Positions 1-26,419 of a DNA stretch of 64,000 nucleotides are shown one piece after another. The DNA comes from Mustelus asterias (taxonomy: Eukaryota), in NCBI RefSeq assembly GCF_964213995.1, contig NC_135821.1, positions 4,898,001 through 4,962,000 of the forward strand, in the 5' to 3' direction. The notes under the pieces are model-generated. The model ran no database searches and was not told where the DNA came from. It worked only from the letters and a program-made list of their open reading frames with translations. How positions within the stretch are numbered: position 1 is the first letter of the stretch; every line of letters begins with the position of its first letter. The position numbers were made by a program, and so were the translations under genes.

Positions 1-295
1 AGTGGACTGGGCCTCCAATCCCCTTGGTGGATTCACCTTTTATTGGGGAATAGAGGATTCATGAGGTGTATGAATCTGGTCAAATTATCCAACTTGGATG
101 GAAGGAATTTAATTGGGTGACCACTTAGAATGGCAGAGGGAGGAGAACATTCATAAGTGGGTAAATCCTGTTCTGAAGTTTCCTTCCCCCAAGGTTAAAT
201 CATTCCATGAGCAATGAATTGAAGTTTTTCTACTTTAAGCATTGATTTTTTTTTAAAAATCTCTATGGTGGGGGAGAAGGAATGTCCCACTGTTA

Positions 296-617
296 CATAG
301 AATCATAGAAACCCTACAGTGCAGAAGGAGGCCATTCGGCCCATCGAGTCTGCACCGACCACAATCCCACAAATTTACCCACTAATCCCTCTAACCTACG
401 CATCTCAGGACTCTAAGGGACAATTTTTAACCTGGCCAATCAACCTAACCCGCACATCTTTGGACTGTGGGAGGAAACCGGAGCACCTGGAGGAAACCCA
501 CGCAGACACGAGGAGAATGTGCAAACTCCACACAGACAGTGACCCGAGCCGGGAATCAAACCTGGGACCCTGGAGCTGTGAAGCAGCAGTGCTAACCACT
601 GTGCTACCGTGCCGCCC
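296..617 (-). mobile_element. tRNA-derived HE1/V-SINE-like SINE
   Basis: Reverse strand begins GGGCGGCACGGTAGCACAGTGGTTAGC (A box), has a B-box-like GGTTTGATTCC and a CR1-like (TTCTATGA) tail. Confidence 0.85.
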
Positions 618-736
618 GTTAAACATGGCCTTGTGTTTGAAGCTAAACTTAAGCCCATTTGAGTAAGCAAATGATCTGTGGTTATTCTAAATTCCAAGTG
701 TCCCATGGATGATCTGATCTGACTCTCTCCCTGCAG

Positions 737-1860
<1,124 letters not shown>

Positions 1861-2476
1861 CTGGGTTTCTAATGGGAATATCAATTTTGTTGCATTTGAA
1901 AATAAAACATTGTCTCTGTAATTCTGTAGCTGATTTCATTATTTTCCACCCTAACCAGCACATCTTTTGGACTGTGGGAGGGAACCAGAACACCCAGAGG
2001 AAACCTGTGCAGATGCTGTACAGACTGTGATTAAAGCCCAAGACCCGCCCCAATAAAGTCAGTTGGATGAGCAGAAAGGGCCCATCAAGTCTGCTCTGCC
2101 AGCCAATAAGATGGCTGATATGATATTCCTCCATTCCACTTTCCTGTCTAATCTTCACCCTCAATTCATTTTGCCAATTAAAAATCTCAGCCTTGAAGAT
2201 ATTGACCCAACATTAGTGGTAAAGAATTCCACAGATTCACTACCCGATGAGAAGATATTCCTTCTCATTTGTCTTAAGGGGTCACCCATTTATTCTGAGT
2301 CCTTGGGTCCTAGACTCTCCCACAAGGGGAAACAATCAGCATCTACTCTCTGAAATCCCCTGAGAATCTGCCATGTCTCAGTAAGGTCACCTCTCATTCT
2401 TCTAAACTCCAGTGAGTATAGACCCCAAGCCTACTCAACCTCTCCTCATGAGAAAATACCTCCATAGCTGGGATCA

Positions 2477-2800
2477 ATCATAGAAACCCTACAGTGCAGA
2501 AGGAGGCCATTTGACCCATCGGGTCTGCACCGACCACGATCCCATCCAGGCCCTAACCCAAAACCTCATGCATTTATCCTAGTTAGTCCCCCTGACACTC
2601 AGGGGCAATTTATCATTGCCAATCCACCTAACCTGCACATCTTTGGACAGTGGGAGGAAACCAGAGCACCCGGAGTAAACCCACACAGACACGGGGAGAA
2701 TGTGCAAGCTCCACACAGGCAGTGACCCAAGCTTAGAATCGAACCTGGGTCCCTGGCACTGAGAGGCAGCAATGCTAACCACAATGCCACCATGCTGCCC
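2477..2800 (-). mobile_element. HE1/V-SINE-like SINE
   Basis: Homologous to 296-617. Confidence 0.8.
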
Positions 2801-3160
2801 CAGTGAATCTCAAATTTAGTGAACCTTCTCTGTACTACTTCCAATGCCAGTATATCTTTCTTTAGATAAGGAGACCAAAATTGTTCACAGTATCCCAGGT
2901 GTTTTGTAGAGTTTTAGCAAAACATCCCTATTTTTATATTCCACTCTCTTTGAAATAAAGGCCAACGTTCCGTTTACCTTCCCTATTACCTGCTGAACTT
3001 GCATGCGAGCTTTTTGTGATTTATGCACGATAATCCCCAAATCCCTCTGCTGGAGCTTTCTGCAGTCTTTCCCCATTTAAATAATACTCAGCTCCTTTAT
3101 TCTTCCTACCAAAGTACATCACTTCGCATTTTCATGCTTTATATCCCATTCGCCAGGTTC
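2801..3160 (-). mobile_element. CR1 LINE fragment
   Basis: QRDLGIIVHKSQK...LLKLYK and VVQRRFT motifs of CR1 ORF2. Confidence 0.7.
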
Positions 3161-3749
3161 ACTCATCTGACCTGTCTGACACGCCTCAGTCTCTTTCAAT
3201 CATTTGGGGTCAATAGTGTGAGAGTTCAGTGTGGACGTGTTTTGAACCAAATCCCCTGCCTTTACCCTCAACAGTTTCTTCAATGAATTTATTAACGGGG
3301 ATCGAATTGCGCTCAACTTCCATTTGCAAACTCGATGCTGATTATATTGTGAACTCTGACCCTGAGAGAACGCTATCGGATTCAGTGTGAGGAAAGTCAA
3401 AGAAAGCAATCACAATGACATCAGTGGCAAAGCCCCACAGAATGGATTATTAGGAAAATTGGATGCAGCCTTTGGACATTGTTGGGAATGGGTTGGGTCT
3501 CGAAGACGGAGTAGGGAGAATGGGCGCTGACTCCAATTGGCAAGGTGGGTCTGGTCATCTCCCCTGGGATTGGCACAGGGGTGGGTGGAACAGTAAAAAG
3601 CACCAATGGGAGAGAAGCTGCAGCAGACATTGATAAAGCAAGGGTGAAAAACAGTGTCAAAAAAAGTTCAAATAGAGAAAGTGTGAGGCTGTTGACTTTG
3701 AATCGAGAAAGATGAATCCGAATGTTTGCTAAATGTTGAGGAGCTCGGA

Positions 3750-4321
3750 ACCCGTCTGGTTCACTAATGCCCTTGAGGGAAGGAAATCTGCCGTCCTTAC
3801 TCGGTCTGTCCTACATGTGACTCCAGAGCCACAGCAATGTGCTTGACTCTCAACTGCCCTCTGAAATGGCCGGGCGAGACACTCAGTTCAAGGGTAAGAA
3901 TCATAGAAAGAATCATAGAAACCCTACAGTACAGAAAGAGGCCATTCGGCCCATCGAGTCTGCACCGACCACAATCCCATCTAGGCCCTCCCCTTATATC
4001 CCTACATATTTACCCGCTAATCCCTCTAATCTACGCATCCCAGGACACTAAGGGGCAATTTTAGCATGGCCAATCAACCTAACTCGCACATCTTTGGACT
4101 GTGGGAGGAAACCGGAGCACCCGGAGGAAACCCACGCAGACACGAGGAGAATGTGCAAACTCCACACAGACAGTGACCCAAGCTGGGAATCGAACCCAGG
4201 TCCCTGGAGCTGTGAAGCAGCAGTGCTAACCACTGTGCTACCGTGCCGCCCGTAACTTGGGATGGGCAATAAATGCTGGCCCAGCCAGCGATACCCATGT
4301 CCCACGAATGAATCAAAAAAA
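3750..4321. mobile_element. Deu-SINE-like element (+) with a nested HE1-like SINE (3898-4251, -)
   Basis: Host motif TCTGGTTCACTAATG...GATGGGCAATAAATGCTGGCC is split by a complete SINE with GTAA on both sides. Confidence 0.75.
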
Positions 4322-4994
4322 TCTGTGGAGGAAGAGAGGGGTTTGGGGTCCATGTAGGAATAAGGAGAAGTGAGATTTACAATTCATCGACAGAAGCCAC
4401 TAAAATCGAATGGGCTGTCACAAAAACAAATGGAAACGACTAATAGAATTTTTGTCTTCATCTCAAGAAATATCAAGAAGTGAAGGCTCTGCTCCAGTTG
4501 CGAGTTAGAGAACATCTAGAACATTCCGTTCTGATATATTGGCTGTGGAGGGACAGCTCAAAATACCAGAATGATACCAGGGCTGAAGGGGTTAAATCAT
4601 GAGGACAGTGTGAGTAGTTAAAAAAAAAAATAAGAATTTATTATTGGACAAAGTAGATAAAGAGAAAATATTTCCTTTGGAGCAGTCGCTATAATCTTAT
4701 TAAATCTTGGCCATTTAAGACTGACGCAAAGAAGCATTTCTTCACAAACCGGAAAGTGGAAATCTCGACAATCCCTCCCTAAAACATTGGGAACAACGAA
4801 ACATTTCAAATCTGAGCTCGTTGTGTTTTTGTTGGGTAAGGGGATGAAGACATATGGAACCAAAGTGGATGAATAAGATGCACATTTGCCATAATGTAAT
4901 TGACTGATGGAACAGGTTTGAGGGGCTGAATGGCCTCCTCCTCTTCCTCTATTCTCATCATAGAATAATCAACCAAACCTGCCTGCATTCCAGA

Positions 4995-5150
4995 GCTCTG
5001 ATTGGCTCTGGGTATCACACACTCCACCCCCTCTCCCTCATTGGTGCCTGGATTCATGGCCAATTCCTGATTGGCTGTCAGAGATTGTCAATCAGTATTG
5101 GTGTTGTCATTGCTGGTTTGGATGCAGGATGTCCCAGTGGTATAAATACA
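4995..5150 (+). promoter_or_regulatory. Copy 2 core promoter: inverted CCAAT boxes, CACCC box, TATA box
   Basis: CTGATTGGCT twice, CCACCCC, TATAAATA at 5141-5148, about 60 nt upstream of the ATG; homologous in copies 3-5. Confidence 0.75.
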
Positions 5151-5806
5151 AGAGCTTGTGTTAGGAAGGGTTAGTTCTAGAACTTTCTAGGTGGTAATAA
5201 TAGTGAAGATGGCTTCCCAAGTGTGCCAGAACTATCACAAGGACTGTGAGGATGCTGTTAACAAGCAGATCAACCTGGAGCTCTAGTCCTCCTATGTTTA
5301 CCTCTCCATGGTGAGCTTTGTGATTTTTGTTTTTGGTTTAGATTTAAAATAATGGTCTGGTTGTGCTCTGAGCAGGTGTAATATCTTTGCCAATGAATTT
5401 GGCTTTAAATAGTTCTTGCTGATAAATGTTATTGAGGGACAAGATCTTGTTACCAGACTGCTCCCTGTCTGTAATAACTCGACCTGATTCTGAAGAGTTT
5501 CCATCTGAAGCAGGTTCCATGAAGTTTCCAACAGAAGATTCATTTTTCATTAAACTCTTACTTGGCCCATGTGCAGAGTGGACTGGGCAAGCCTGAATCT
5601 CCCTCCTTGGAGGGTTCATGAGCTGCATGAATCTAATCAAATTATCCAACTTGGATGGAAGTAATCTAATTGGGTGACCACTTATGAATGTTCTCCTCCC
5701 TCTGCCATTCTAAATGGGTAAATCCTGTTGTGTTGAACTTTCCTTTCCTCAAGGTGAAATCATTCCAGGAGCAATGAATTGGATTAAATTGAAGTTTTTC
5801 TACTTA

Positions 5807-7180
5807 ATTTGATTTATTATTGTCACATGTATTAGTGCACAATGAAAAGTATTGTTTCCTCTGTGCTATACAGACAAAACATCTTCAAGGAGAGAGTGTA
5901 GAATGTAGTGTTGGTCATAGCTAGGGTGTAGAGAAAGATCAACTTGATGCAAAGTAAGTCTGACAGCAGCAGGGAAGAAGCTGTTCTTGAGTTGGTTGGT
6001 ACATAACTTCAGACTTTTTTTCTGGGGTTTGTTGTCCTTGATTATGCTGGCTGCTTTTCTGAATTAGTGGGAGGTGTAGACAGTCAATGGATGGGAGGCT
6101 GGTTTGTGTGATGGATTGGGCTACATTCGTGACCTTTTGTAATTCCTTGCAGTCTTGGGCAGAGCAGGAGCCACACCAAGCTGTGATACAACCAGAAAGA
6201 ATGCTTTCTATGGTGCATCTGTAAAAGTTGCTGAATTGTAACTGACATGCCAAATTTCCCTCGTCTGAGAAAGAGTTGTGTGGGCTTTCTTCACTATATA
6301 TAGTGAGGGAGTGGGGGGGGGGGAGAGAGGAGAGGCAAGAAGAGAAACCAGGACAGGTTGATGGTGATCTGGACACCTAAAAACCTGAAGGTCTTGACCC
6401 TTTCTACTTCGTCCCCATTGATGTGGACAGGGGCATGTTCTCCTTTACGCTTCCTGAAGTTGATGTCAACAAAACAGATTGTCATCGAGGGAGAGATTAT
6501 TGTTGCCGCACCAGATTCTCTCATTCCTGTACTCTGTCTCGTTGTTTGAGATGTGACCCACTACAGTGGTGTTGTCATCGGGATGGCGACCTCCTCGTGA
6601 ACCTGCTCCTGGGCCTGGCGAAACGTGCCATTTACCGGTCCAGGCAGCAGGCGATCGAGGGGGCCGTCCATCCTGACTGTCTGCCCCTCTACCGTGGCTA
6701 CGTTTGCGGCCAGGTGTCCCTGGAGAGGGAGCATGCGGTGTCCACAGGCGTGGTTGACGCCTTCTGCGCCCGCTGGGCACCGCAGGGGTTGGGGTGCATT
6801 ATTGACCTTAATAATCACATTTTAATTTGATGTTTTTAAGTTTCCTTTGTACTTTGATTTCTGTTCGGGCTGTTCCCCCTCCTTTTTGGGGAGCTGCCCC
6901 TTTTACTTTGTCCTGATTTAATCTGAGTTTGTTTTTTTGGTTTGACCTAAAAAGAGGGCAAACTTGAAAATTGAATTGGAGAGGAATTTGGCCACAGTCA
7001 TGGGTATCTCTAGTACAGTAAGGGGCTGAGAACACAGCCTTGTGGGGCACTGGTGTTGAGGATGATTGTGGGGGAGGTGCTGTTGCCTATCCTTGCTGAT
7101 TGTGGTCTGTGGGTTCGGAAATTCAGGATCCAGTCGCAGAGGGAGGTGCTGAGGCCCAGGCCATGGAGTTTGGAGGTGAG
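5807..7180 (-). mobile_element. Rex1/Babar-like non-LTR retrotransposon 3' fragment in copy 2 intron 1
   Basis: NFYRCTIESILSGCITAW and INGDEVERVKTFRFLGVQIT motifs; AATAAATCAAA tail. Confidence 0.75.
6579..6957 (+). mobile_element. Tx1-clade non-LTR retrotransposon 3' end nested in the Rex1-like element
   Basis: ORF2 C-terminus DLLVNLLLGLAKRAIY...WAPQGLGCIIDLNNHILI* plus T-rich 3' UTR; same family as 14586-15637. Confidence 0.75.
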
Positions 7181-8284
7181 CATTGATTTCTAAAATCTCC
7201 ATGGTGGGGGAAAATGAAAGAATGTCCCACTGTTGCATTAAACATGGGCTGATGGTTGAAACTAAACTTGAGCCCTTAGGTGTCCAGATCACCATCAACC
7301 TGTCCTGGTTTCTCTTCTTGCTCACACCCCCCCTCACTATATATAGTTAAGAAAGCCCACACAACTCTTTCTAAACTTGATGCACCATAGAAAGCATTCT
7401 TTCTGGTTGTATCACAGCTTGTTATGGCTCCTGCTCTGCCCAAGACTGCAAGGAACTACAAAAGGTCATGAATGTAGCCCAATCCATCACACAAACCAGC
7501 CTCCCATCCATTGACTCTGTCTACACCTTGAGTAAGGAAATGACCTGTGATGCTTGTTCTAAATTCCAAGTGGCCCATGGATAATCTCTGCTCTGACTCT
7601 TTACCCACAGTCCTCTTACTTTGACCAGGATGATGTTGCCCTGAGTCACTTTGCTGAGTTCTTCAAGGAGCAGTCACATGAGGAACGGGAACACGCTGAG
7701 AAACTGATGGAATTCCAGAATAAACGTGGAGGCAGACTCATCCTGGAGGATGTCAAGGTTGGATTCTGTCACCCTGATGCCACCTTATTTTTCGATTCAA
7801 CTTAAATGGTTTATTTTCTCACCGCATCCTTTCGGTTCCACTGTCTGCCATTTTTTTTTTTAAAACTGCCTAGTGTTGTTGACCTGAGAATGGCTGCATG
7901 ATGAGTTAGTGTGGCTTTGATCTTTGGATCATCCTGAGCAAGTGGCTAAAGGATCCATAAATGTGGAGGCTCAAAGGAAATGGGTTTCTGGGCTGTAAAC
8001 TGATGGCTTAAAATTGTGCTGATTGACTCTGGTGTAGGGAATGTGCTTTCAATTGGGCTTTGATTCTACCTCTGTCACCTTCAGTTGATGGACAGATGTA
8101 ATGGTTTCCAATGTAACATCCCAGGGCACTAACGAGACCTTTTTTGTCCCCCTTCCAGAAGCCAGAGCAGGATGAGTGGAGCAATGGTCTGGAGGCCATG
8201 CAGAGAGCTCTGCAGATGGAGAAGAATGTGAACCAGAGTCTGCTGGATCTGCACAAACTCTCCTCTGGGAACACTGACCCTCAT

Positions 8285-12800
<4,516 letters not shown>

Positions 12801-12818
12801 TCCTGATTGGTTGTCAGG

Positions 12819-13059
12819 TGTCTCTGGAGAGGGAGCATGCGGTGTCCACGGGCGCGGTTGACGCCTTCCGCGACCGCTGGGCGCCGCAGGGGCTGGGGTG
12901 TATTATCGACCCCAACAATCACCTTTTGGTTTGACGTTTTAAGTTTCCTTTCGACTTTGTTTTTGGTTCGGGCTGTTCCCCCCTTCCTTTTGGGGAGCTG
13001 CCCCTTTTACTTTGTCCCTAAGTTAATTTGAGTTCGTTTACTTGGTTGGTATCGGAAGG
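12819..13059 (+). mobile_element. Tx1-clade 3' fragment with a 21-bp target-site duplication
   Basis: Flanked by GATTCCTGATTGGTTGTCAGG at 12798-12818 and 13060-13080; the empty site is present in the copy 4 promoter. Confidence 0.85.
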
Positions 13060-13159
13060 GATTCCTGATTGGTTGTCAGGGATTGTTAATCACTGTTGGT
13101 GATGTCATTCCCAGTTTGAATGCAGGATGTCCCAGTGGTATAAATACAAGAGCTTGTGA

Positions 13160-17627
<4,468 letters not shown>

Positions 17628-20600
17628 CTGGGATTCTGGAATCCTTGTTTCAATTGTGTATACAAATAAAATCCTGTTCTGCTTTCTATGGAAATAAAAT
17701 ACAGTATTTATCATGGAACTGTTCTCTCTGCATAATTCAGTAGTTAACTTTTATTCCTTGGGATATGTCACTGACAAGACCAGGATTTGTACACATCCCT
17801 AATTGTGCTTGAACTGAGTTTGCTGGGCCATTTTGGAAGGTAGTTGAGTCAACCACACTTCTGTGGGTTTGGAGTTAAATGTCAGCCAGACCAGGTAAGG
17901 ATGACAGATATTCTTCCCTGAAAGACATAAAGGAACCAGAGTTTTCTTTGATCATGGGTCTTCCTGGTTGGCCAGCATTTACTGCCCATTCCTGGTTGCC
18001 CTTGAACTGAGGGGCTTGCTAGACCATTTCAGAGGGCAGTTGAGTCAACCACATTGCTGTGGTCCTGGAGTCACACATGCCAGACTGGGTAAAGACAGCA
18101 GATTTCCTGTCATCAAGGGCATCAGTAAACCAGATGAGTTTTTCTGACCACTGACAATGGTTTCATGGTCATCAGTCAGTTTTTTTTTCACAATGCAAAT
18201 TCCACAGTCTGTGGTGGGATTCAAACCCGGCCCCCTGGAACATTTAGCAGAGTTTTTGTATTATTACCACTAGGCCATCACCATCCTGATGACTTTACAT
18301 AAAAATATGGCTACCATTACTGACATCAACTTTTCAATACCAGATTTATTCAAAATTAAATTCTGCCACCTGTTGTGGGATTTGAACCCGTGTCCCTGGA
18401 GCATTAGCCAAGCCTGTGGATTGCTCATCCTGTGAAGTCACTGCCGCACCACTGAATCCCAGTTCACTTAAGATTCCAAGTTGTAGGGTTGAATAAAATG
18501 GCATCTTCTACATTTGTTTTACACCCCTTGTTTCCCAACTTTCTGGAGTTGATTCAACATTTGTTCAGTATGGGTTACTATTATCTCCAATCTACTTGGA
18601 GAGGTTGGTAAGGAATTTCTGGAACTGCCATTCACAATTCTTGCTGCAAAAGGGGGTTTCCAGCATCTACTGGGGAAATGGCAGGAAGCAGTGGGAACAT
18701 TAGAAACTGGGAATGGTGTTGAATTAGTGCATCGCTGGTTACTGTGGGCAGAGTATGGGCTCCAGACTGGGATGTGTCAGGAGGGAAGATGTACAATTCA
18801 GGTTTCATATAGACTGTTCCAAGCCACTTGCTGGGTGTTTCTGGGGAAGGGGGCAATGCTGTGAACCATTTATCTTTCAGGCAGGTTGCCATTTGTTGAG
18901 TTGCAGTTTGCCCTTCACTAATTGAGATGTTTCTCACTCCTGGGTGAGCAAATACCTGAATCAGCGAGACAACATTTCTACATTCAAGATGTGAAATCTT
19001 TCCCCTCAATCCAGTCTCTGAACTTGATTTGCTGAAGGGGCAATCACTGGATTGTGCAGTTTGAGTCTGATGGGGTTAGAACTCCACAGCACGGTTCAAT
19101 GAAGAGTTGTGTTTGAAACTCCACAATGGGGAACACGTCATTTCCCAGCTCCTTGCTGCTTTCCACCTTCACAGCAGATTCTGATCTCGCTCCATCTCTT
19201 TCAATCTCTTGGGGTCAGCATTGACAGTTTGTGTTGTGGGTGTGTTTCAGACCTTCCCCTGAGAGCTTCTCTGACAAACTAGTTAACACGGATTGTGTTG
19301 TACACGATCTACTTTTCCATTTGTAAACTCATCAATCCGAGAGAGATTGTGAAGCTTTGTTTGTGAGAAAATGATCCAATTCAGTTTGAGGAAAGTCAAA
19401 GAAACCAACTATGGTCGGAGTCTTTTTCCCCGGGTAGAAATGTCAATTACTCGGGGACGTAGGTTTAAGGCAAAGGGGAGAATGTTTGAGATGTGAGAGG
19501 CACGTTTTTTACACAGAGGGTGGTAAGTGCCTGGAATGAGCTGCCAGAGGAGGTGGTAGAAGCAGATACAATAGCAACGTTTAAGAGGCATCTTCACAGA
19601 TACATGAATAGGCAGGAATAGAGGGATACGGACCGCGTGGAGACAAAAGGTCTTTAGTTTAGAAAGGTATCATGTATCAATGCATGTTTGATGGGCCGAA
19701 GGGCCTGTTCCTGTGCTGTACTGTTCTTTGTTCATGATGACATTATGGGGAAAGTTCTAGAGAATATTTGGAGAATTGGATTCAGCCATTAGACATTGCT
19801 GGGATTTGGTTTGGATGTAGGGGACGGAGAGGAGGGCTAATGGATGTGCATCCCGTTGGCAGGAAGGGCCTAGTCAAATCCCCTGGGATCTGTACAGCCG
19901 CCTCCTCTTCATTATCTTTATAAATGACATCGAGAATGGAATAGGCATTAGGATGGGTGGCACTGCAAATACCATCAAACAAAGAACAGTGCAGAACAGG
20001 AAGAGCCCCTTCGGCCCTCCACGCCTGCGCCAACACAAGGTGTCTTTCTAAACTAAAGACCTTTTGCCTCCACGTGGTCCATATCCCTCTATTCCCTGCC
20101 TATTCATATATCTGTCACAATGCCCCTTAAACGTTGCCATTGTATCTGCTTCTACCACCTGCTCTAGCAGCTCATTCCAGGCACTCACCCCACTCTGTGT
20201 AAAAAAAACTTGCCTCTCACATCTCCTTTAAACTTTTACCTTCAACCCACATCCCCTAGTAATTGACATTTCTACCCTGGGAAAAACCTTATCAGGTCAC
20301 CTCTCAGTCTCCAATATTCAAGTGAAAACAAACCATGTTTGTCCAATCTCTCCTCATACTAAATACCCTCCAAACCAGTCAACATCCCGGTCAACATTTT
20401 CTGTACCCTCACTAAAGTCTCCATATCCTTCTGGTAGTGGGGCAACCAGATCTGTACACAATATTCCAAATGTGGCCAAACTAAAGTCCTATACAGCTGC
20501 AACATGACTTGCCAATTTTTATACTCTATGCCCCAACCGATGAAAGCAAGCATGCCGTACGCCTTCTTGACCACCTTATCCATTTGTGTTGCCACGTTCA

Positions 20601-20658
20601 GGAAACTGTGTATGCCCAGGTCCGTCTGTAACTTAATTCTTCCCAGGGATTTCCTGTG

Positions 20659-20965
20659 TGATGCGCGATTAAATCACTTGGGAGGCTAGATTGTACCCGG
20701 GAAATAAAGGCTTTTATTACTAACAAGAATGGAGCATACTATATACAATACAATCCCAGACTAAAGGGTCACCAGGCAGTGCAGTGACCTTTATACTTCC
20801 CCAGGTAGGCGGAGCCAACTGGACTGTACCACAGAACAATATCAACAGGTAGAACAGCCCAACCCTAACCCCAACAGTGACAACAGTAACATATCTACAA
20901 ACACCCATAGTGCTGGCCATCCATGGCTCAGCACTCATAGTGGTAACCAACTATGGTTCACCACA
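20659..20965 (-). mobile_element. Solo LTR (307 bp), probably Gypsy-type
   Basis: TG...CA termini, 5-bp TSD CTGTG (20654-20658 and 20966-20970), TATA and AATAAA on the minus strand; absent from the paralogous site near 11800. Confidence 0.75.
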
Positions 20966-21459
20966 CTGTGGAGAGGGAAGTTGAGGAGGGCATTGTTAAA
21001 ATGATTGGGAATAACAGTACTAGACAGAGTTCAGTGTGAGGTCACCCACTTTCATCCCAAAAAGATCATATCTGCTAAATGTTGAGGAGCTAGGAACTGT
21101 GCGGGAAGAGAGGGAGTTGGGGTCCATGTAGAAATGAGGAGCAGCGGATTAAGGATTCATCTACAGAAACTATTAAAATCTAGTGGACAGCAATGACAAA
21201 GAATTGAAAAGGCAAATAGAATTTTAGTCTTCATCCCATGAGAGCTGGAATATAAAGGGGAGGATGCGCTGCTACAGTTGTAAAGTACAGGATAAATCTC
21301 AGTGGGAGTACAATGTTCAGTTCTTATCTGTTGGCCTCAGAATGAATGCAGCACAGATTGAACAATGTTGCCAGGTCTAAAAGGGTTCAATCATGAGGAG
21401 AGTTTGAACAGAGTTGTCTTGCATTCCCTTGTGTGAAGAAGAGTAAGGGATGATTATCA

Positions 21460-22275
21460 TTTGTTTTGATTTGATTTATTATTGTCACGTGTATTAGCAT
21501 ACAGTGAAAAGTATTGTTTCTTGCACGCTATACAGACAAAGCTTACCGTTCATAGAGAAGGAAAGGAGAGGATGCAGAATGTAGTGTTACAGTCATAGCT
21601 AGGGTGTAGAGAAATATCAACTTAATGCAAGGTAAGTCCATTCAAAAGTCTTGACAGCAGCAGGGAAGAAGCTGTTCTTGAGTCAGCTGGTGCGTGACCT
21701 CAGACTTCTGTATCTTTTTCCCGACGGAAGAAGGTGGAAGAGAGAATGTCCGGGGTGCAAGGGGTCCTTAATTATGCTGGCTGCTTTGCCGAGGCAGCGG
21801 GAAATGTAGACAGAGTCAGTGGATGGGAGGTTGGTTTGCACGATGGATTGGGCTACATTCACGACCTTTTGTAGTTCCTTGTTGTCTTGGGCAGAGCAGG
21901 AGCCATACCAACCTGTGATACAACCAGAATGCTTTCTATGGTGCATCTGTAAAAGTTGGTGAGAGTCGTAGCTGACATGCCAAATTTCCTTAGTCTTCTG
22001 AGAAAGTAGAGGCGTTGGTGGGCTTTCTTAACTATAGTGTGGGCATGGGGGGACCAGGACAGGTTGTTAGTGAACTGGACACCTAAAAACTTGAAGCTCT
22101 CAACCCTTTCTACTTCGTCCCCATTGATGTCGACAGGGGCATGTTCTCCTTTACGCTTCCTGAAGTTGATGACAATCTCCTTCGTTTTGTTGACATTGAG
22201 GGAGAGATTATTGTTGCCGCACCAGTTCACCAGATTCTCTATCTCATTCCTGTACTCTATCTCATCATTGTTTGA
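21460..22275 (-). mobile_element. Rex1/Babar-like retrotransposon 3' fragment
   Basis: WCGNNNLSLNVNKTKEIV...KKAHQRLYFLRRLRKFG...NFYRCTIESIL; (ATCAA) tail. Confidence 0.8.
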
Positions 22276-22749
22276 GAAATGGAAGATGATAAATGGGTTT
22301 GATTCGATAGACAGAGAGAAACGATTTCCTCTGGAACAGCGGCTTAATATTAAGACTAGACCGTGGCCATTTTAAGGATGATGCTCGGACTAATTTCCTC
22401 ATGAAAATCAAAGTGGAAATCCAGACACTCTCTCCCTAAAACATTGGAAGGATAGAAACATTTCAAACCTGAATGTTTTAGCTTTGGATGTGGAGATGCC
22501 GGCGTTGGATTGGGGTGGGCACAGTAAGAAGTCTCACAACACCAGGTTAAAGTCCAACAGGTTTATTTGGTATTACAAGCATTCGGAGCGCTGCACCTTC
22601 ATCAAGTGAGTGGACTTTTTAGGTTTTGTTAGGTAAGGGGATGAAGACATCTAGAACCAAGGTGGACAAATGGCATTAACATTCAGAGAAGCTGTGATAT
22701 AATTGGCTTGAGGGGCTGAGTGGCCTCCTCCTGTTCCTACATTGCAATC

Positions 22750-22930
22750 ATCCAATCCAAATCTGCCAGCATTCCAAAGCTCTGATTGGCCCTGGGGATC
22801 ACACTCCACCTCCTCACCTTTATTGGTGCCCGGATCGATGGCAGATTCCTGATTGGTTGTCAGGGATTGTCAATCATCATTGGTGATGTCATTCCCAGTT
22901 TGAATGCAGGATGTCCCAGTGGTATAAATA
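22750..22930 (+). promoter_or_regulatory. Copy 4 core promoter
   Basis: CCAAT, two CTGATTGG boxes, TGATGTCA, TATAAATA at 22923-22930. Confidence 0.75.
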
Positions 22931-22990
22931 CAAGAGCTTGTGTTAGAAAGGGTCAGTTCTAGAACTTTCTAGGTTGTAGTAATAGTGAAG

Positions 22991-25708
<2,718 letters not shown>

Positions 25709-26419
25709 CTGGGATTCTGGAATCCTTGTTTCAATTGTTTATAGAAATAAAATCCTGTTCTGCTTTCTATGGAAATAAAGAACAGTATTTATTATGGAAC
25801 TGTTCTCTCTGCATAACTCACTCGCTAACTTTAATTCTTTATTCTTGTGATGCCACTGGCAAGGCCAGGATTTGGTCACCATCCTTAAGTGGCCTTTAGC
25901 TGCTTGGCCATTTTTTTTAGAGGATAGTTAAGTGTCAATCACATTGCTGTGGGTTGGAATCACGTGTAGGCCAGACTGGGTCAGGATGGTCGATTTCCTT
26001 CCCTGAATGAGTGCATTTTTAACAACATTGTCACCAATACTAAGCCCAGATTTTCAATTCTAGATTCATTAAGTTTAAATTCCACTAGCTACTCTCGGGA
26101 TTTGAACCACATTGCCAAACCATTATCTTAGCCCATGGATTACTTGTCCTGTGAGGTTACTATGAGCCCATGTTCGCAAAATATTCTTAGCTTTCAATCT
26201 AATTTTTGTTTAGAACTTGACATTTCTTGTAAATTCCTTATCCTGAAGCAAATCTAGGTCAAGTTACTGGCATCTCACATCTTTAGAGGTTGGTCAGTAG
26301 TTTCCTTCCCTGGGGGAGGGGGTTCCAGCAACTCCAGGTACGATGTTAAGAAGGAGTGGGAATGGCATTGAACTACTACTCCCAGACTGGGATCTGTCAG
26401 GAGGGAAGGTCTACAAGGA

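Noticed and set aside
5284-5286. Programmed readthrough or recoding of the copy 2 stop
   Set aside because: It is TAG (not a Sec UGA), a single-base change from TAT, unique to one copy, with no recoding signal visible.
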